A stretch of 60,883 nucleotides of DNA, taken from positions 11,953,525 through 12,014,407 of the forward strand of contig JARDVH010000157.1 in the NCBI GenBank assembly GCA_030324005.1, given 5' to 3'. Made by a program: the position numbers and the translations under genes. Source of the DNA: Negaprion brevirostris. Its lineage: Eukaryota. Position 1 is the first letter of the stretch, and each line of letters starts with the position of its first letter. The notes under the pieces are model-generated. The model worked only from the letters and a program-made list of their open reading frames with translations. It did not search any database and was not told the DNA's origin. This document shows, piece after piece, positions 1 through 13,120 of the stretch.

Positions 1-55
1 TCCAGCATTTTCTGTTTTTGTTTCAGATTTCAGCATACCCAGTATTTTACTTTTA
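1..55 (+). mobile_element. 3' tail of Penelope-like-derived repeat (cut by window edge)
   Basis: CAGCATTTTCTGTTTTTGTTTCAGATTTCAGCAT...CAGTATTTT matches the tail of copies at 855-990 and 14025-14287. Confidence 0.6.
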
Positions 56-199
56 GGCAATAACAAGATCTGGAGCTGAGTATTCCTGGCAGACTCCCAA
101 ACTGAGCTTAGATGAGTAGGTGCCATTTGATTGCATTGTCACCACTTTGCTGATCATTAAGAGAAACTGATGGGGTGACACTGTGCAATTTTCCACTTT

Positions 200-480
200 G
201 CACAGTGAGGTCCCACAAACAGTAATGAATGAATAACTGGAACACCATTACTTGGTGGTGTTTCATGAGGGACTGATGTTGGTTAAGACTTGGGAGAGCT
301 CCCTATTCTCTGAGTTGAACCATGTGATCATTCATATCAACCTCAAGAGACAAATGGAGTTTTGGTTTAACATTTTGTGTGAAAGAGGGTGCCACTGATA
401 ATGCAGTACTCCCTCAATACTATACTGAATCATCAACTGAAGTTTTATGTTTAAGTTCCACATCCATTTGATTCGGAGAC
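200..480 (-). mobile_element. DeuSINE (SacSINE1-like) remnant
   Basis: GGTTTAAC...GAAAGA...TGCAGTACTCCCTCAATACT resembles the reverse complement of the SacSINE1 body as recalled. Confidence 0.6.
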
Positions 481-711
481 TATCTAAATTAATAAAAGAA
501 GCATTCTAAAGCCCTTTTCCCATCAAAGATTGTTCCCAGTTGTTACAGTTCACATTTACAGGATGATGCCAAATTTAACTTGCCATGGAATTATGGATGG
601 AGACCAAACAGCACTTCTCCTTAATCAAACGTTGTTGTTCAAATTAAACATAACCTAACCTTGGACTGAGACTCCCTGGATATACTCAAGTATCAAAGAG
701 GCAGATATCAG

Positions 712-845
712 AATCATAGAATCCCTACAGTGCAGAAGGAGGCCATTTGGCCCATCAAGTCCACACCAAGTTTCCGACAGAGCATTGTATCCAAGTCCAT
801 CCCCCTCCCTATCCCCTTAACCCCAGACATTTACCCTGTTAATCC
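712..845 (-). mobile_element. HE1 SINE 3' end
   Basis: AGAATCATAGAATCCCTACAGTGCAGAAGGAGGCCATTTGGCCCATC is the reverse complement of the HE1/HER1 tail. Confidence 0.85.
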
Positions 846-854
846 GTATTACTC

Positions 855-990
855 CTCTGAAGAAGAATCAAATGACTTGAAATGTGAACTCTGTTTCTCC
901 CTCTACAGATGCTGCTCAACCTGCTGAGTTTTTCAAGCATTTTCTGTTTTATTTCAGATTTCCAGCATCCGTAGTATTTTGCTTTTATTA
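855..990 (+). mobile_element. Penelope-like-derived repeat with minimal hammerhead-like motif
   Basis: CTGAAGA-AGAATCAAATGACTT-GAAA followed by CAGATGCTGCTCAACCTGCTGAG tail. Confidence 0.6.
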
Positions 991-1224
991 AAGTTGTGCA
1001 TAGTTTTTCTTCTTCTTAAGCTAAAATGGGTTTTCTTTTAAATGCACAAATGTCAAGGTGGGATTTAAATAGGCATTGTGTCTTTCAGAGACTCCAGGAC
1101 ATATTGAATAAGTATAAGGTGATGATGTACAGGGGTAATTTTTACTAGGCAGCCAGAAGTGAAAACTGAGAGTGAACTTTGGTTGGTTAATCATCTCAAC
1201 TTCATGTTGTGTAACGTGCTGGAA

Positions 1225-1340
1225 TTTTAACAACCTGCTCGCCATAGAATTGGAGTGGGTTAAGGGCGGACAATGGAAAGGTCTATTGACCTCTGGTTGG
1301 AATGTCCATTTCACTCAAGCGAGGCCGTAAATTCCCACCT
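1225..1340. mobile_element. ~120-bp MITE-like element
   Basis: Same family as 51693-51817 and 58559-58685; ends GGCCGTAAATTCCCACC. Confidence 0.55.
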
Positions 1341-2992
1341 ATTGCCTTTCAATAGCATTTTCTATATAACATAGAAAGTGAGCTTTGTTTACTGTTTGCA
1401 AGAATGCCAATTGTTGAGGGGGGAGTGTTGCGGGGAGAGAAAAAGCTTCCTAAGAGGAGGAAGCCTGGATAACTCTTGCCAACTGGTTGGGAAACCTCAG
1501 ACTAGCAATATCTGTTCATGCTTTTGTCACAAGTAAAGTAAGAGGTAGGCAAACAAGGGTGGTGGAGAAAATAATTCTGTTGTGCTGTTTGTTCTGATGC
1601 AAAGAAATTATTGGACTGAATTTTTTACAAAGGATTGAATAGTCTGAAGAGGCATCTTCTTGACATCAAAGATGATGAGCAAGTGGATGGCCTGCTAACA
1701 AATCTAATTTGACTCCTGGATAACTGTAAATCGTAAAATTCATATTCCTTTCTCTGAATTGTTTAAAACATGTATACTAAGTGATGTTTTATTGTTTGCA
1801 ATTTTCTCCATTTTTAAATTAAAAAGGTGCAGTTTTTCCCAATCATGTGAGGGCAGGTAAACTGAACTCCAGGTTCCTAGGACTTGCATCCTAAATGCAA
1901 GAAACTATTTTTGATAGCATGTTTCAAATTTTGCAGGTGACATGATAAATCCAAAACTTCAAGCAGAATGGCACATCAGTCACTGTGATGGGAGTCTTTC
2001 ACTAGGGCTGGCGTAACATTTAATGATTTTATTCCCTCCCCATCTACTAATAGACAAATGGGCTGACTGGCATTTGCAGGGTTAAACTGCTCCAGCCTGA
2101 GAGTAGAGGCAGCCTGTGACTTTCCAGGCAGCTTTGATCCCTTCAGGTATTCCTCTATTGTCTAGAGATATAACGGCCGCCTGTCAGCCCACTGTCAGGG
2201 GCCTAATCTTTTTTCTGTGTGCCATGAATGGTCCCAGTGCCATGTCAGGGCAACACGCCGACTGCCTATTCTTGCTCCCAACAGAATGCAATCATTCGAC
2301 AACCTGATGATAATTCACTCTCTGACCAGCTTTTACAAAAGGTGCTCGCTCAATGCTGTTAGCACAGCAAGATAAATCATGTACTTCAAATTAACTTCTA
2401 TTGAAGAAAATAAAAGCAGTGGTCAGGCAAGGAGTTAGAAGAAAGATGACTAGGGTTGATAAATGTCAATGCATATAATTTGGCTGTGATTAAGATCTTA
2501 TCTTAGTAGGAACTAAATGGAAAGGATTTAATAAAATTCCAGCAAGGGGACTCTGCGTACAGCAATGTCAGTGTGTCTCTGAAGCTGTTTTTTGTTTAAC
2601 AGAAAAAAGACCTGAACAGCAAAAGCCAGGAAGGAAGAAACTGATATTCAGGGTGTCAAGCAAAGGGATTAGTGACCCCAGGTGAAGCCAGTGCACTCTT
2701 TTCTTCCTTTTCAGACAAGTAAATCTTTCACAAAAGCATCTATGCTGGGGAGAAAGAGAGCAAAAAAACGTGAGAAAAAGGAATGATGGTTGATTGCAGT
2801 TGGCCAGCAGAGAAGGCCTATCTTGGTTTCTGAGATCTATGTGTCATTCCAAGGCCTAAATATGGGGTATGCCATCATGCTCGGATAATGATTGACTGAG
2901 ACAAGATGCCTATTCCTCAGAAGCCTGCTCTCATGCCCAATGTCTGTCCTTGGCCGACTGCAGTGTTTTAATGAAGCCCAACACAAACTGTG

Positions 2993-3810
2993 GGAACATA
3001 GAAACATAGAAAATAGGAGCAGAAGTAGATTACTCGGCCCTTCAAGCCTGTTCAGCCCATGCCATTCAATATGATGGCTGATCCTTTATCTCAACACCAT
3101 ACTTCAGCACTCTCCCCATATCTCCTGAAACTTAAGTCCAGAAATCGATCTATTTCCTTCTTAAATATATTCAGTGATTAGACCTCCACAACCTTCTGTG
3201 GTAGAGAATTCCACAGGTTCTGAATGAAGGAATTTCTCCTAACCTCAGCTCTAAATGTCCTACCCCACAACTTGAGACTATAACCCTTTGTTCTGGACCC
3301 CCTCCCCACCAACCCCCAGTCAGAGGGAACAGCAACCCTGCATCCAGTCTGTGCGGTCATTTCAGAATTTTATATGTTTCAATTAGATCTCTCATTCGTC
3401 TCAATTCCAGTGAATACGTGGCCACTTGACCCAAGCTCTCCTTATATGACAATCCTGCTTCCCAGGAATGAGTCTGGTGAACCTTTGTTGCACTCCCTCT
3501 ATTACAAGTATATCCTATCCTAGATAAAGAGGCCAAAACTGCTCACAATACACCAAGTGTGGTCTCACTGCTACATTAAGATATCCTTGCTCTAGTACTT
3601 GGGTCCTCTTACAATGAAGGCCAACACCTATTTGCCTTCCTATCTGCTTGCTGTACCTGCATGCTTGCTTTCAGTAACTGATGTATGAGGACATTCAGGT
3701 CCCTTTGTAGATCAACATTTCCCGATCTATCACTATTTAAATAATACTCTGCCTTTCTGTTTCTCCATCTGAATTCGGTAACTTCACATTTATCCATGTT
3801 ATACTACACC
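2993..3810 (-). mobile_element. CR1-clade (HER1-like) LINE, 3' part
   Basis: Minus-strand peptides DKCEVTEFRWRNRKAEYYLN and FRAEVRRNSF..NLWNSLPQKVVE; GAACATA-type repeat tail. Confidence 0.9.
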
Positions 3811-5289
3811 TGGGCAAGATCTGCTACCTGTCACTGCTTAGAGCTACTTAATTCAATGGGCCTTTCAAAATAAGGTGAGGTTGGACTCCCACGGGCTATC
3901 CAGCTGATAGGCGAGACTCCCATTATTCACATTAAATGTCACTTCGAGTCTCTTGCATCAAGATACACTATTCCAGTAACAAGACTCACGAGCATCCCCC
4001 ACTGGTGGCTTTCAAGCATCATGATATTCTCATGGCCTGGGGAACATTTCCAGTCTCAGGTGCAATCTTTTAGATCATTGAGGTATTTTAGGTGCATACA
4101 TTTTTTTTAAAAATCTCAGGATATTCAACAGTTTTGGATGAGTTTCTATTCTGTTAACCTTAGTTTTTTCAAGATTAATTTGTTCNNNNNNNNNNNNNNN
4201 NNNNNNNNNNNNNNNNNNNNNNNNNNNNNNNNNNNNNNNNNNNNNNNNNNNNNNNNNNNNNNNNNNNNNNNNNNNNNNNNNNNNNAGGTAAGAGTCCAAA
4301 CATCTTTTAGAGTGCTGAAACAGCTACACCACAGGGAAAACATTGTTTGATTGACAGCTGTGGCTCACTATTCTAGTCTATCAATTTCACAATGTTTATT
4401 TACAGAAGATAAAAAAATTTCAAATGCTTGTACCTTCTGTGATTAATACTTAAAAGAACCTGGTTGATTGACACTTGGATACCATTAAAAACATTTCTTA
4501 TGATCTAATGACCATTTTTAATGTTTTTTAAAAAGACATGGTTCAATGTCAAGTGTATAGTGAGTGAATGGTCATGGGAGTGCCATAGCATGGCATGGAA
4601 AGTATGAGGGCCATGTGGATGGATGGGGCATAGCTTAGTATGGGGAGGCATGGGAAAGATCTCTTGAATTTACTTTCCAAAAGGTTCCCTCATCCAGACT
4701 ATGGTTTGCAAAACGTTTGAGGTGCTATGAACTACAGGTCCTTTAAACGTTGGCCTGACTCCATGCAAATTGTAGAGGGCTAAGTCATGCCTATCTCCAC
4801 AATGGACCCAGCCAAGTTGGGAGTGCAGGATGTGAGCAAAAGATCAAACAACCCTGCACCCTTAAGCAGCACTAAAGAAAATCAGAAACCCTGGGAATGG
4901 GACCACAAATTCTGTTTTGCTGCCTTTTTCGTACTCCACGGAGTCTCCCTGACTGTATGAAAACCAGCCCATTGGGTATAAATGGGAAAGGAAAATTCTT
5001 CCACAGGATTGATAATTTTACTGCTTTAAGGATGAGGATAAGGAGACATTGACTTGCCTGTAAGCATATTCTGGTCACTTCCATCTCTGTTCCTTCTTTC
5101 CCTCATGTCTCACATCCTCTTTTTTTTCACCATTCCTCATTCCTGCTTTACTTCAACCATGCACTGTTTCATCTCCAAATCTTTCATCTTCCCTGTCTTT
5201 CTTTCTCTTGCCCACTATATTTCAAGATATTGCCTTCTTATTAATGCGTGGGTTAATAAGCATCACACAATCTTCTAGCTTTCAACCAA

Positions 5290-5490
5290 GTGTCAGTGTG
5301 GATAGCACTACAGTTAAGCCCCTTACCATCCATATAACTGCAGTACAAGGAGTCTCTGTGTAATGATTGAAAGCAGTAACCCTCATTGATTTAACACCAC
5401 CCCCAGGAGTGCTGAGGCCAACTGTACTGCTCTTACTGATATTGCAGCTGAGATCAGCTACTTTGGCATAGGTCCAAGAATGGGACAAGA
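5290..5490 (-). mobile_element. Ancient tRNA-derived SINE (AmnSINE2-like) remnant
   Basis: GCTGAGGCCAACTGTA...GCTGAGATCAGCTA resembles the reverse complement of AmnSINE2 as recalled; related copy at 30300-30491. Confidence 0.5.
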
Positions 5491-6254
5491 TATTTTCAGC
5501 CATTTATTGGATGAAGTCACTGAGACATCAAGACAACTCATTTTGTTTAAATTTAAATTGAGCCTGCATGTTGCATTTCTGCTGGCCTGTTGAATCAGTC
5601 CAGCTACTGAAGCTTATTTGTACACATGTTAATAACCTTTCAAATCTCTGTGCAGCTTCCTTGTGGCATCATAAGGAGACTTTAGTCAGTAAATGTTGCT
5701 CTATTTCTCTTTTCATTGAATCTTAGTTTAAATATGGGATTTCAAAATGAATATTGCATTCTCTATTGTCAACTGTAGGTCAGACAAAAGGCGCAAGAGG
5801 GAATTATGATTGAGTTGATTCTTTCACATCCTTAAGTCTGGGATTAGGAGATTTATTACTTGATTAGTACATTTTATGTACGCCATTTCCCCCCTCCCCT
5901 GTGCATGTGATTGTTAGCTGCGCAATTGATGAAGTCCATTAGAAATTTGGATCAAATTCTGGTGAGACACGATTAGTGTTCAAGTGAGCAAGCCTGGTCC
6001 AGTGGTTAGGCGTTACACTTTTCTATCAAATGCTTTCTAATTTAAACATTCTTATAATTTAAATGCGACTGGATGATTATTCCCTTGGAGCAAGGGACTC
6101 AAGTTAATTCAGCTCAATTCTTCCCAGATTCTAAATAGGTATCAGCAAAGATTGGAAGACAGTCGTCCTATGTGAAATCATGGATCCCTATCCACTTTAA
6201 GTGCAAATCCTTAGCCATGGACCTTTGAATTAATTGTACTTCTCATTTATAAAT

Positions 6255-6325
6255 AAGAACATAAGAACATAAGAAATAGGAGCAGGAGTAGGCCATCTAG
6301 CCCTTCGAGCCTGCCCTGCCATTCA
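6255..6325 (-). mobile_element. Young CR1/HER1 3' end running into a gap
   Basis: (AAGAACAT)n AAGAAATAGGAGCAGGAGTAGGCCATCTAGCCCTTCGAGCC. Confidence 0.85.
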
Positions 6326-7305
6326 NNNNNNNNNNNNNNNNNNNNNNNNNNNNNNNNNNNNNNNNNNNNNNNNNNNNNNNNNNNNNNNNNNNNNNNNNNN
6401 NNNNNNNNNNNNNNNNNNNNNNNNNCCATGGAAGTATCAGGGCTTTCCCACCTCACAATCATCACTAGTATTCCCATTCCCCTCTCAGTGCCAACCATAT
6501 ACAAATTCCCCCACTCCCATGTGGATCCCACTAAGGCCTGCCCATGGCAGTGTTGGCACTGTCAGTTTGCTGCTAGGGCACTGCTTGGCCATGTCCCACT
6601 CCCTCAGAGCTATACTTAGCTTTGTGACCCCTGACAGGTTTGCATTTTAAAAACCCTTTGAGACTCTCACTGATGTGGTATGAATATTCAGTGAAGGAGG
6701 ATAGTTTAGCAAGGGAACCAGCAAATTATATGCAAATTTATTGAAATGTAGTAAATCATCAAAAAGGACCAATAAAAATCAGAAAGCATGGTCATGCTGG
6801 AGCAGACTTCACTTTTTGAATCTCATGGGATTTTGGCCCCACTTAGCTATATTTGTATTCACAAAGTGAACACTGATGTTTAATGCAGATGCTTGAACAT
6901 ACAATTGAGATGCAGCATGGAGCTGTGCACTGTTACAGCTCAAAAATGTGGATTGGAACAAAACTTAAATTCAATCCAAAACCTCAGATGTTGAGTAGGT
7001 GATTGCAATACCTTCTGGTGTCAGACTACAGGAGGAATTTGGCAGAAGTTCTGGGAGCTGGCAGTATGCTTGTCCCTTCAGCAGTAGAAGCATAAAGAAT
7101 AAATACATCAACCAACAGGGAATGATTTAAAATAATAAATCTTTTTTTTAAAAGGTCAGATTTTCTAAATTTGGTCATGTATCTTTGGTCAAAGTATATT
7201 TAATTGAATCAAAGGTGTTTGTGTAATATTTCCCCTGATAATTATTACAAAAACAATCAGTGTGGACTTCACCAGGAGGCGCATATTTTACACAAATAGG
7301 TTTTT

Positions 7306-7446
7306 AAGAAATAGGAGCAGGAGTAGGCCATCTAGCCCTTCGAGCCTGCCCTGCCATTCAACAAGATCATGGCTGATCTGTCGTGGCTCAGTTCCATAGT
7401 CCCGCCCTCTCCCCATAACCCTTAATCCCCTCGCTTATCAAAAACT
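7306..7446 (-). mobile_element. Young 5'-truncated CR1/HER1 3' end
   Basis: Near-identical to tails at 6255, 29602 and 32242; CpGs retained. Confidence 0.85.
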
Positions 7447-9945
7447 AAATAAGGACTAACTATGGGGAAATACAACTCCTTTTAAACATGTTTAAAGGAC
7501 CTTGTGGATTCAGTTCAGACAACCTTTAAAGAAATTAAATTGGACTGTCTGAGTAGAATAAAATTAGACTTGTATAGAGCTTGTGACACTAGGTGTGCCT
7601 AACACACAATACAGTACTATCTCTCTTCACTGGGGAAAAGCATTGGGATGTGAATGTAAGTAGTGCTTGTGCCATTGAGTTGGATTAGGTTGAGGAGCAA
7701 GACTATTCTGGCATGTGATTGCCAGTGTTCTGTGGCACAGCTTGGAAATATGTCCTTTGATACTTCATAAGAATCACTGACTGAGAGGACAAATTATGTC
7801 CTTCAGAGGGAAGATAAAATGGAGAGTGCTCAGCAATGGATTGAGAGTAACATTGGATCTGCCAAGTCACTGAGTATGGCCACTTTATGGAGAGAAAAAT
7901 ACATTTTTTAAGTTTATTTTTCATTGATTTGGGAAATATTGTCAAGATTTTTAATTTCAAATCAAATAAAAGGGACACTGAGACTAGGAAATGAGACTTA
8001 GAAAGAATTTAAACTACTGTTAAGTGAACTTCAGTGGGAAGAAGATCTTATGTGGTGAAAAGTCAACTGCTGATTCAAATCAGGTCCATTTTGTACTGTT
8101 GACATAGTCAAGTTTCAGCCCTTATGCGTCCAATAATTTCTACAGTGAATGTGACTAAAGTGTTATGGCTATAATTTAACTCTCTCCCTTTACTCATAGA
8201 ATTCTGCACTTTATATTATCTAAATACTTACTAAGATGATGTAGCATGCAATATTATTGGATTTTTCATTAATTGAATTCAAGTTGGCTAGGAGCTGGAA
8301 TATTAATGGTCAAATGACTATTGATGTGACAAAATTCTGAGTGGACCTCCCATGTGCTAGAACCAAAACTATATTAGCATTAAGAAAGATGTGCCAAGTG
8401 CAACAATGTGCTAAAAATGGCAAGCACTAACCAACATCTTATGAGTGACCTAAGAAAGAATTAATGTCATCTGTATTTTTCAGGCATACAACGGGCCTTT
8501 AACATTCAATATGTTGCTCTCCAGACATACATTATTGGATTGGTTTTAGGACAGATCTGAAATTGTTTGGCCTTAGGGCACACTTGCATCTGATTAACAT
8601 TGGTTTATCATGATGAGCTATGTGGAGAATTATGCTCCACAGTATCACAAGGAACTGGCGAGTTTATGTGACCCATACCTTATCCTGTTGCGTATGGTAA
8701 ATTTCTTGTCATGTACGGAAGTTAAGATTGCCAATCCTCCACAAGAGTAGAGTCTCGGGAAGTAAGGATTAATCTCCTGGGTACTGCTGTAAGCAGCCCT
8801 TGAGTGAAATCATAGAGATGTCAAAATTATTATTTTTATTTATTTTTTGAACATTTGTGTTTATTATTTATTGATGGTGGAAAAAAGCCATTTGACTGGA
8901 TGGGGTGATTGGACGCCTGAGGTCATGCAATGAAACCTCCAGGAAAACATCCAGCTAAAAGTGGTATGACTAACTGGGGCTAAAAGGTGGCCAAGGTTTA
9001 AAGCAGAATGGGTATTGAATCTGCTATGAGGAAACTAGCACTATTAGCCCCTCTTCCAGTTCAATGTTGCATGTCAGCCTCAGGAAGGTATAAATTTTAT
9101 AAAACAGAACTTGCAGATTACTGATGGTTGATTTTGGAAGTCCTGCCTCTTCTGATAGTGGGACAGGATGGACAGGGTGTGAGCACAAGAACCAACCATA
9201 TCACAACCCAATCAAAATTTGTCAGTAGAGAGGATGGGTGGAATCTATGTGGAACCAAGGGCTAAATAATATGTTTGCATATTGGGTGCTTTTTCTGTTT
9301 TGTGGAGCGTAGTTTGGAGTGTGATGACGATGGGCATCATTTATGATGTCATCATGCCGGTTTATGATTATATGGTATCTGGGTGGATCAAAAAGTCAGA
9401 AATTTGCCTGCATTATTCAGGTTGCAATTGAGAAGGCAATTAAAGTCATTAATGACCCAACTCTCAGCTATAATTCATTCAGAAGGCAATAATACATCTT
9501 CAGAATGAGAATCACAACAGGTGGGGAATCTGTTTTTTAATGGATAAGCTTGTTTGGGGGGAATTTAAAAGTGCAGCTGAGACCAGAGTCTTATTTTTAC
9601 AATTAACACTTCTTTGACTGCAGGACTTCTCATATGAACGAGGACAGGAACCTTTTGAATATTGTTTAATCCAGAGGACTCTCCTCTGATTTGAAGAACG
9701 TTTTTGATTGATTATATTCCTGTCCATTACCGGGGCGTAAAGTTTCTGAGACAGATGGGCATTGTTTTCTCAGTTGGAGACACAAGCTCCAGTGAAGAGA
9801 GGGATGGTGCTGAAACATATCCATTTAAGCTGTCAAGGAATTGAATAAAGTCTGAGGAAAACAAGAGAAGTGTTCCACTGGAAAAATGTGAACAATAAAA
9901 TCAAAGGCCACATCAGCCAGTGCAATGCTTGTAGTGAGTGCCACG

Positions 9946-10622
9946 TGTGACATTAGTGTCCGTTAAAGAAAGGTTTCTTTTAAAATCATGCTCACAGCCT
10001 TAGGTGGTATCATTNNNNNNNNNNGAGAAAAAAACTGTGTGCCGGTCAGGTGAAAAGAGTTGCTTTTAGTTTTGTTTGGTTACTGTGTTAGAAGCATAGG
10101 CAAAAGAAGTCTCTCTCCCTCTCTTTTTATTTTGAAAGTTTTACTAGTTAGCTGAAAGCACAACTTATTGCCATCCTGCAGTAAAAAATCTGTGTTTTTG
10201 GTGTTTTGGGGAGCTGATGACTACAAGCTGCTCTGAGTTTTCAAGATCATTTGAAATCAGCATTCAACCCAGGGAACAGGATTCCAGTATTATGTGAGTT
10301 TTAGCCTGTCCAGTGATAAATCAGTTTGTTTATTGATTTTCATTTTAATTGAACTGCATTTGAGATATTCATCAAGTTATACATTATAGTGGTTTTGTCT
10401 CTTGTTTATAATTGATAAAAGTTGTTGCTAATTTTCTTAATATACATGTTAACTATATATATTCTTAAATAAACTTTTGTTTTAAGCTCCCTAGTGGGTC
10501 ACTTGAATTATACATACGATGAGAAACATCTCATGCTTATCCTGACCAAATTCAAGATGCAAAACTTGTGGTTCAAGCAGGTTTCATAAAACACTTTGGA
10601 GTTTCTAACCTGAGCCATAGCA
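9946..10622 (+). mobile_element. Probable solo LTR
   Basis: TG...CA termini, AATAAA near 10468, LTR-like 3' end GAGCCATAGCA; no TSD seen. Confidence 0.45.
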
Positions 10623-10753
10623 TAAGCTCAACAAGCTAGAGAGCCTATAATTANNNNNNNNNNNNNNNNNNNNNNNNNNNNNNNNNNNNNNNNNNNNNNN
10701 NNNNNNNNNNNNNNNNNNNNNNNNNNNNNNNNNNNNNNNNNNNNNNNNNNNNN

Positions 10754-11545
10754 CCCACACACCTGTCCCGCTGGCTCGCGCGCTGGCTCGCTCTGCCCGG
10801 GCTCAGCAGCAGCGAGTGTCCGCCAGGCTCACCATCCTCCTCCTCCTCCTCACCATCACCGTGCCACACTCAAGACAATCCGCGCAACAGGAACAGGACT
10901 CGCCAAGCAGAGAAGGAGGGGATGGGGGGGTGGGCTCTGCAAACTCTTTTTTTGTTGTGTTACCATCCACACCAGACCGTGCACACGACAGGCTTCCCGA
11001 CCATTTCACTTCTCAGGAGATTGGCAGCGGCAGCCCGCCTTTATCTTGGATGCTAACTGGCTGGCGATGCTCGTTAGCTGAATTATTTCCCAGCTCACGG
11101 CTTTGCTGACGCCGCCGCTCGGAGCTGGGTGGGGGCTGGGGGGAAGGTGGGNNNNNNNNNNGGAGGGGGAACTACTGATGCGAAATGATGAACAAACCCG
11201 GATCATGATCTCCAAGCCAGTCGGTCTCGCTCTTTTGTATCTGTCCGGTGCGAGCGCTATAATGGAGCTTGATTTGTTATCAATGACATTTTTTTTTTAA
11301 ATTTGCTACTGCTGCTCACTGCCGGGATGTAACAGGGCGCGAATCTGCTCGCTGTCCATTGATGGATTGACCGCTCTAACAACTTGTTCTTCGAGATCCA
11401 GTCTCCCCTTTCTCTATTCTCACCAGGAGATCGCAGAGACGGGAGACACTGTGCAGTAGCTGCCCAGATGCCATCTGAGGCTACAGATTGGCAAATATGT
11501 CACCCGCTTGTTGGGAAATCAGACTTGCTATTGTAGTTCGAGTAA
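10754..11545 (-). promoter_or_regulatory. CpG-rich promoter / probable first exon of an unidentified gene
   Basis: Only long CpG-dense non-repeat segment; minus-strand donor candidates GATG|GTGAGC (exon end 10833) and CAG|GTGTGT (exon end 10763); ATTGG at 11487; strand inferred. Confidence 0.55.
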
Positions 11546-12164
11546 TAAAACAAGCACTCAGTGGTTATTATTGTCCCATCGCCTCTGTTTCGATGATCAC
11601 TTTAACAAACTGTGAATTTGATATATGTTTAACCTGAAAAAACACAATAATATGAATACCATCCCACAATTACAATGAACAATGGAATACCCATGCCATT
11701 AGATATTTATCAGATGAGAAATTTATCCTCCATTTCGTATGGTTGGAACAGATACGGATCGTTATCACCATATTTTAAGCATTATTCAGTTACGCCATTT
11801 CTTTATGTAACATTTTCTATGTTAATAACCGAGGGACGGTTGTGCCATAGACAATTAAATCAATGAAACTACCGGAAAAAAAATGATGCCCTAGCTGAAA
11901 AGTTTGTTGTTTTGATCACACCAAAATTGCTATTGAACCAAAAGCTTTTAAAGTGTAAAAGTGTGGTTTTGATTGATCTTATTTTAGACAAAAAAGAGAA
12001 AGCCAATTCTGATGAAATTGCACTGCATTATTTCCCGAATTCAAGAGGCCGAGAAAAAATAATCTGAAATGAACTGTAACGTGGGGCTTCCCCTCAGTGG
12101 CCGGCTGACAGAGTCCAACAATTTGTGCTTTTATTAGCTGCGTGGTAATAAAGTCAGCACAAAA

Positions 12165-12875
12165 AGACCTTTGGTCAATTGTCTGTCTGTCTGCCCCGCC
12201 CATCAAACACCTATGTATTCTAATCCTATTTTTCAGCACTTGGTCCGTAGCCTTCTATGCCATAGCATTTCAAGTGCTAATCTAAATGCTTCTTAAATGT
12301 TGTGAGGGTTCCCACCTCTCCTACTCTTACAGGCAATGACTTCCAGATTTCCACCGCCCTGCGGGTGAAAACGTTTTTCCTGAAATCCTCTCTAAATCCC
12401 TGCCCCTTGTCTGAAATCTATGTCCCCTGGTTATTCACCCCTCTACTAAGGGGAAAAGTCAATTTCTACCTATGTCCCTCATAATTTTGTACACTTCAAT
12501 CAAGGTTCCCCCTCCCCCACCCCTCAGTCTTTTCTGCTCTGAAGAAAACAACCCCAGCCAAACCAACCTATCATCAAAGCTGAAATGCTCCAGCTCAGGC
12601 AACATCCTGGTGAATTATCACCACACCTTGTCTAATGCAATTAAATCTTTTCTATAGTATGGCAGCCAGAACTACACTCTAACGAGCATTTCATACAGCT
12701 CCAACATAACCTCCCTCTTTTTATATTCCATACTTTGGCTAATAAAGGCAAGTATCCCATATGCTTTCTCCTCCACCCTAACTACATGTCCTGCTATCGT
12801 CAAAAATCTATATGCAATACACCCCAAGATTCCTCTGTACTTCCTAATGTCCTAATTGTCATTGAATAATCCCTG
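12165..12875 (-). mobile_element. CR1-clade LINE, decayed 3' part
   Basis: GGGTGAAAACGTTTTTCC..AAATCC, GAAGAAAACAACCCCAGCC, GGCAACATCCTGGTGAAT, typical of reversed CR1 3' ORF2. Confidence 0.8.
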
Positions 12876-13081
12876 AATGAAAGTCTCTGCTTCGCACCGT
12901 GTTGCCATTATTTTCAATATAGAATTTTTACAAATTTCTGTTGCACATAAATACATTTCTTAAGTCATATTCAGCTCAAGGATATTAATTATTTTTTTTG
13001 TTTTTTTTTTTAATTTTCGTTGTTTTCTTTTAATTATAAAATTTCTTATTTGTTCACCGAGCAAACATCTAAAATTCAGTT

Positions 13082-13120
13082 CCCCCCCCCCCCCCGCCCC
13101 GCGCGCGCGCGCGCACACAC
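13082..13120. repeat. poly-C followed by (CG)n(CA)n tract
   Basis: Read directly: C run then GCCCCGCGCGCGCGCGCGCACACAC. Confidence 0.9.

Noticed and set aside
8484-8696. Plus-strand exon-like segment (TTTTTCAG...G|GTAAAT)
   Set aside because: Stops in all three frames and no supporting neighbouring exons
10816-11109. 97-aa ORF with a signal-peptide-like LTILLLLLTIT
   Set aside because: GTG start; the Leu run comes from a (CTC)n microsatellite; no recognisable domain
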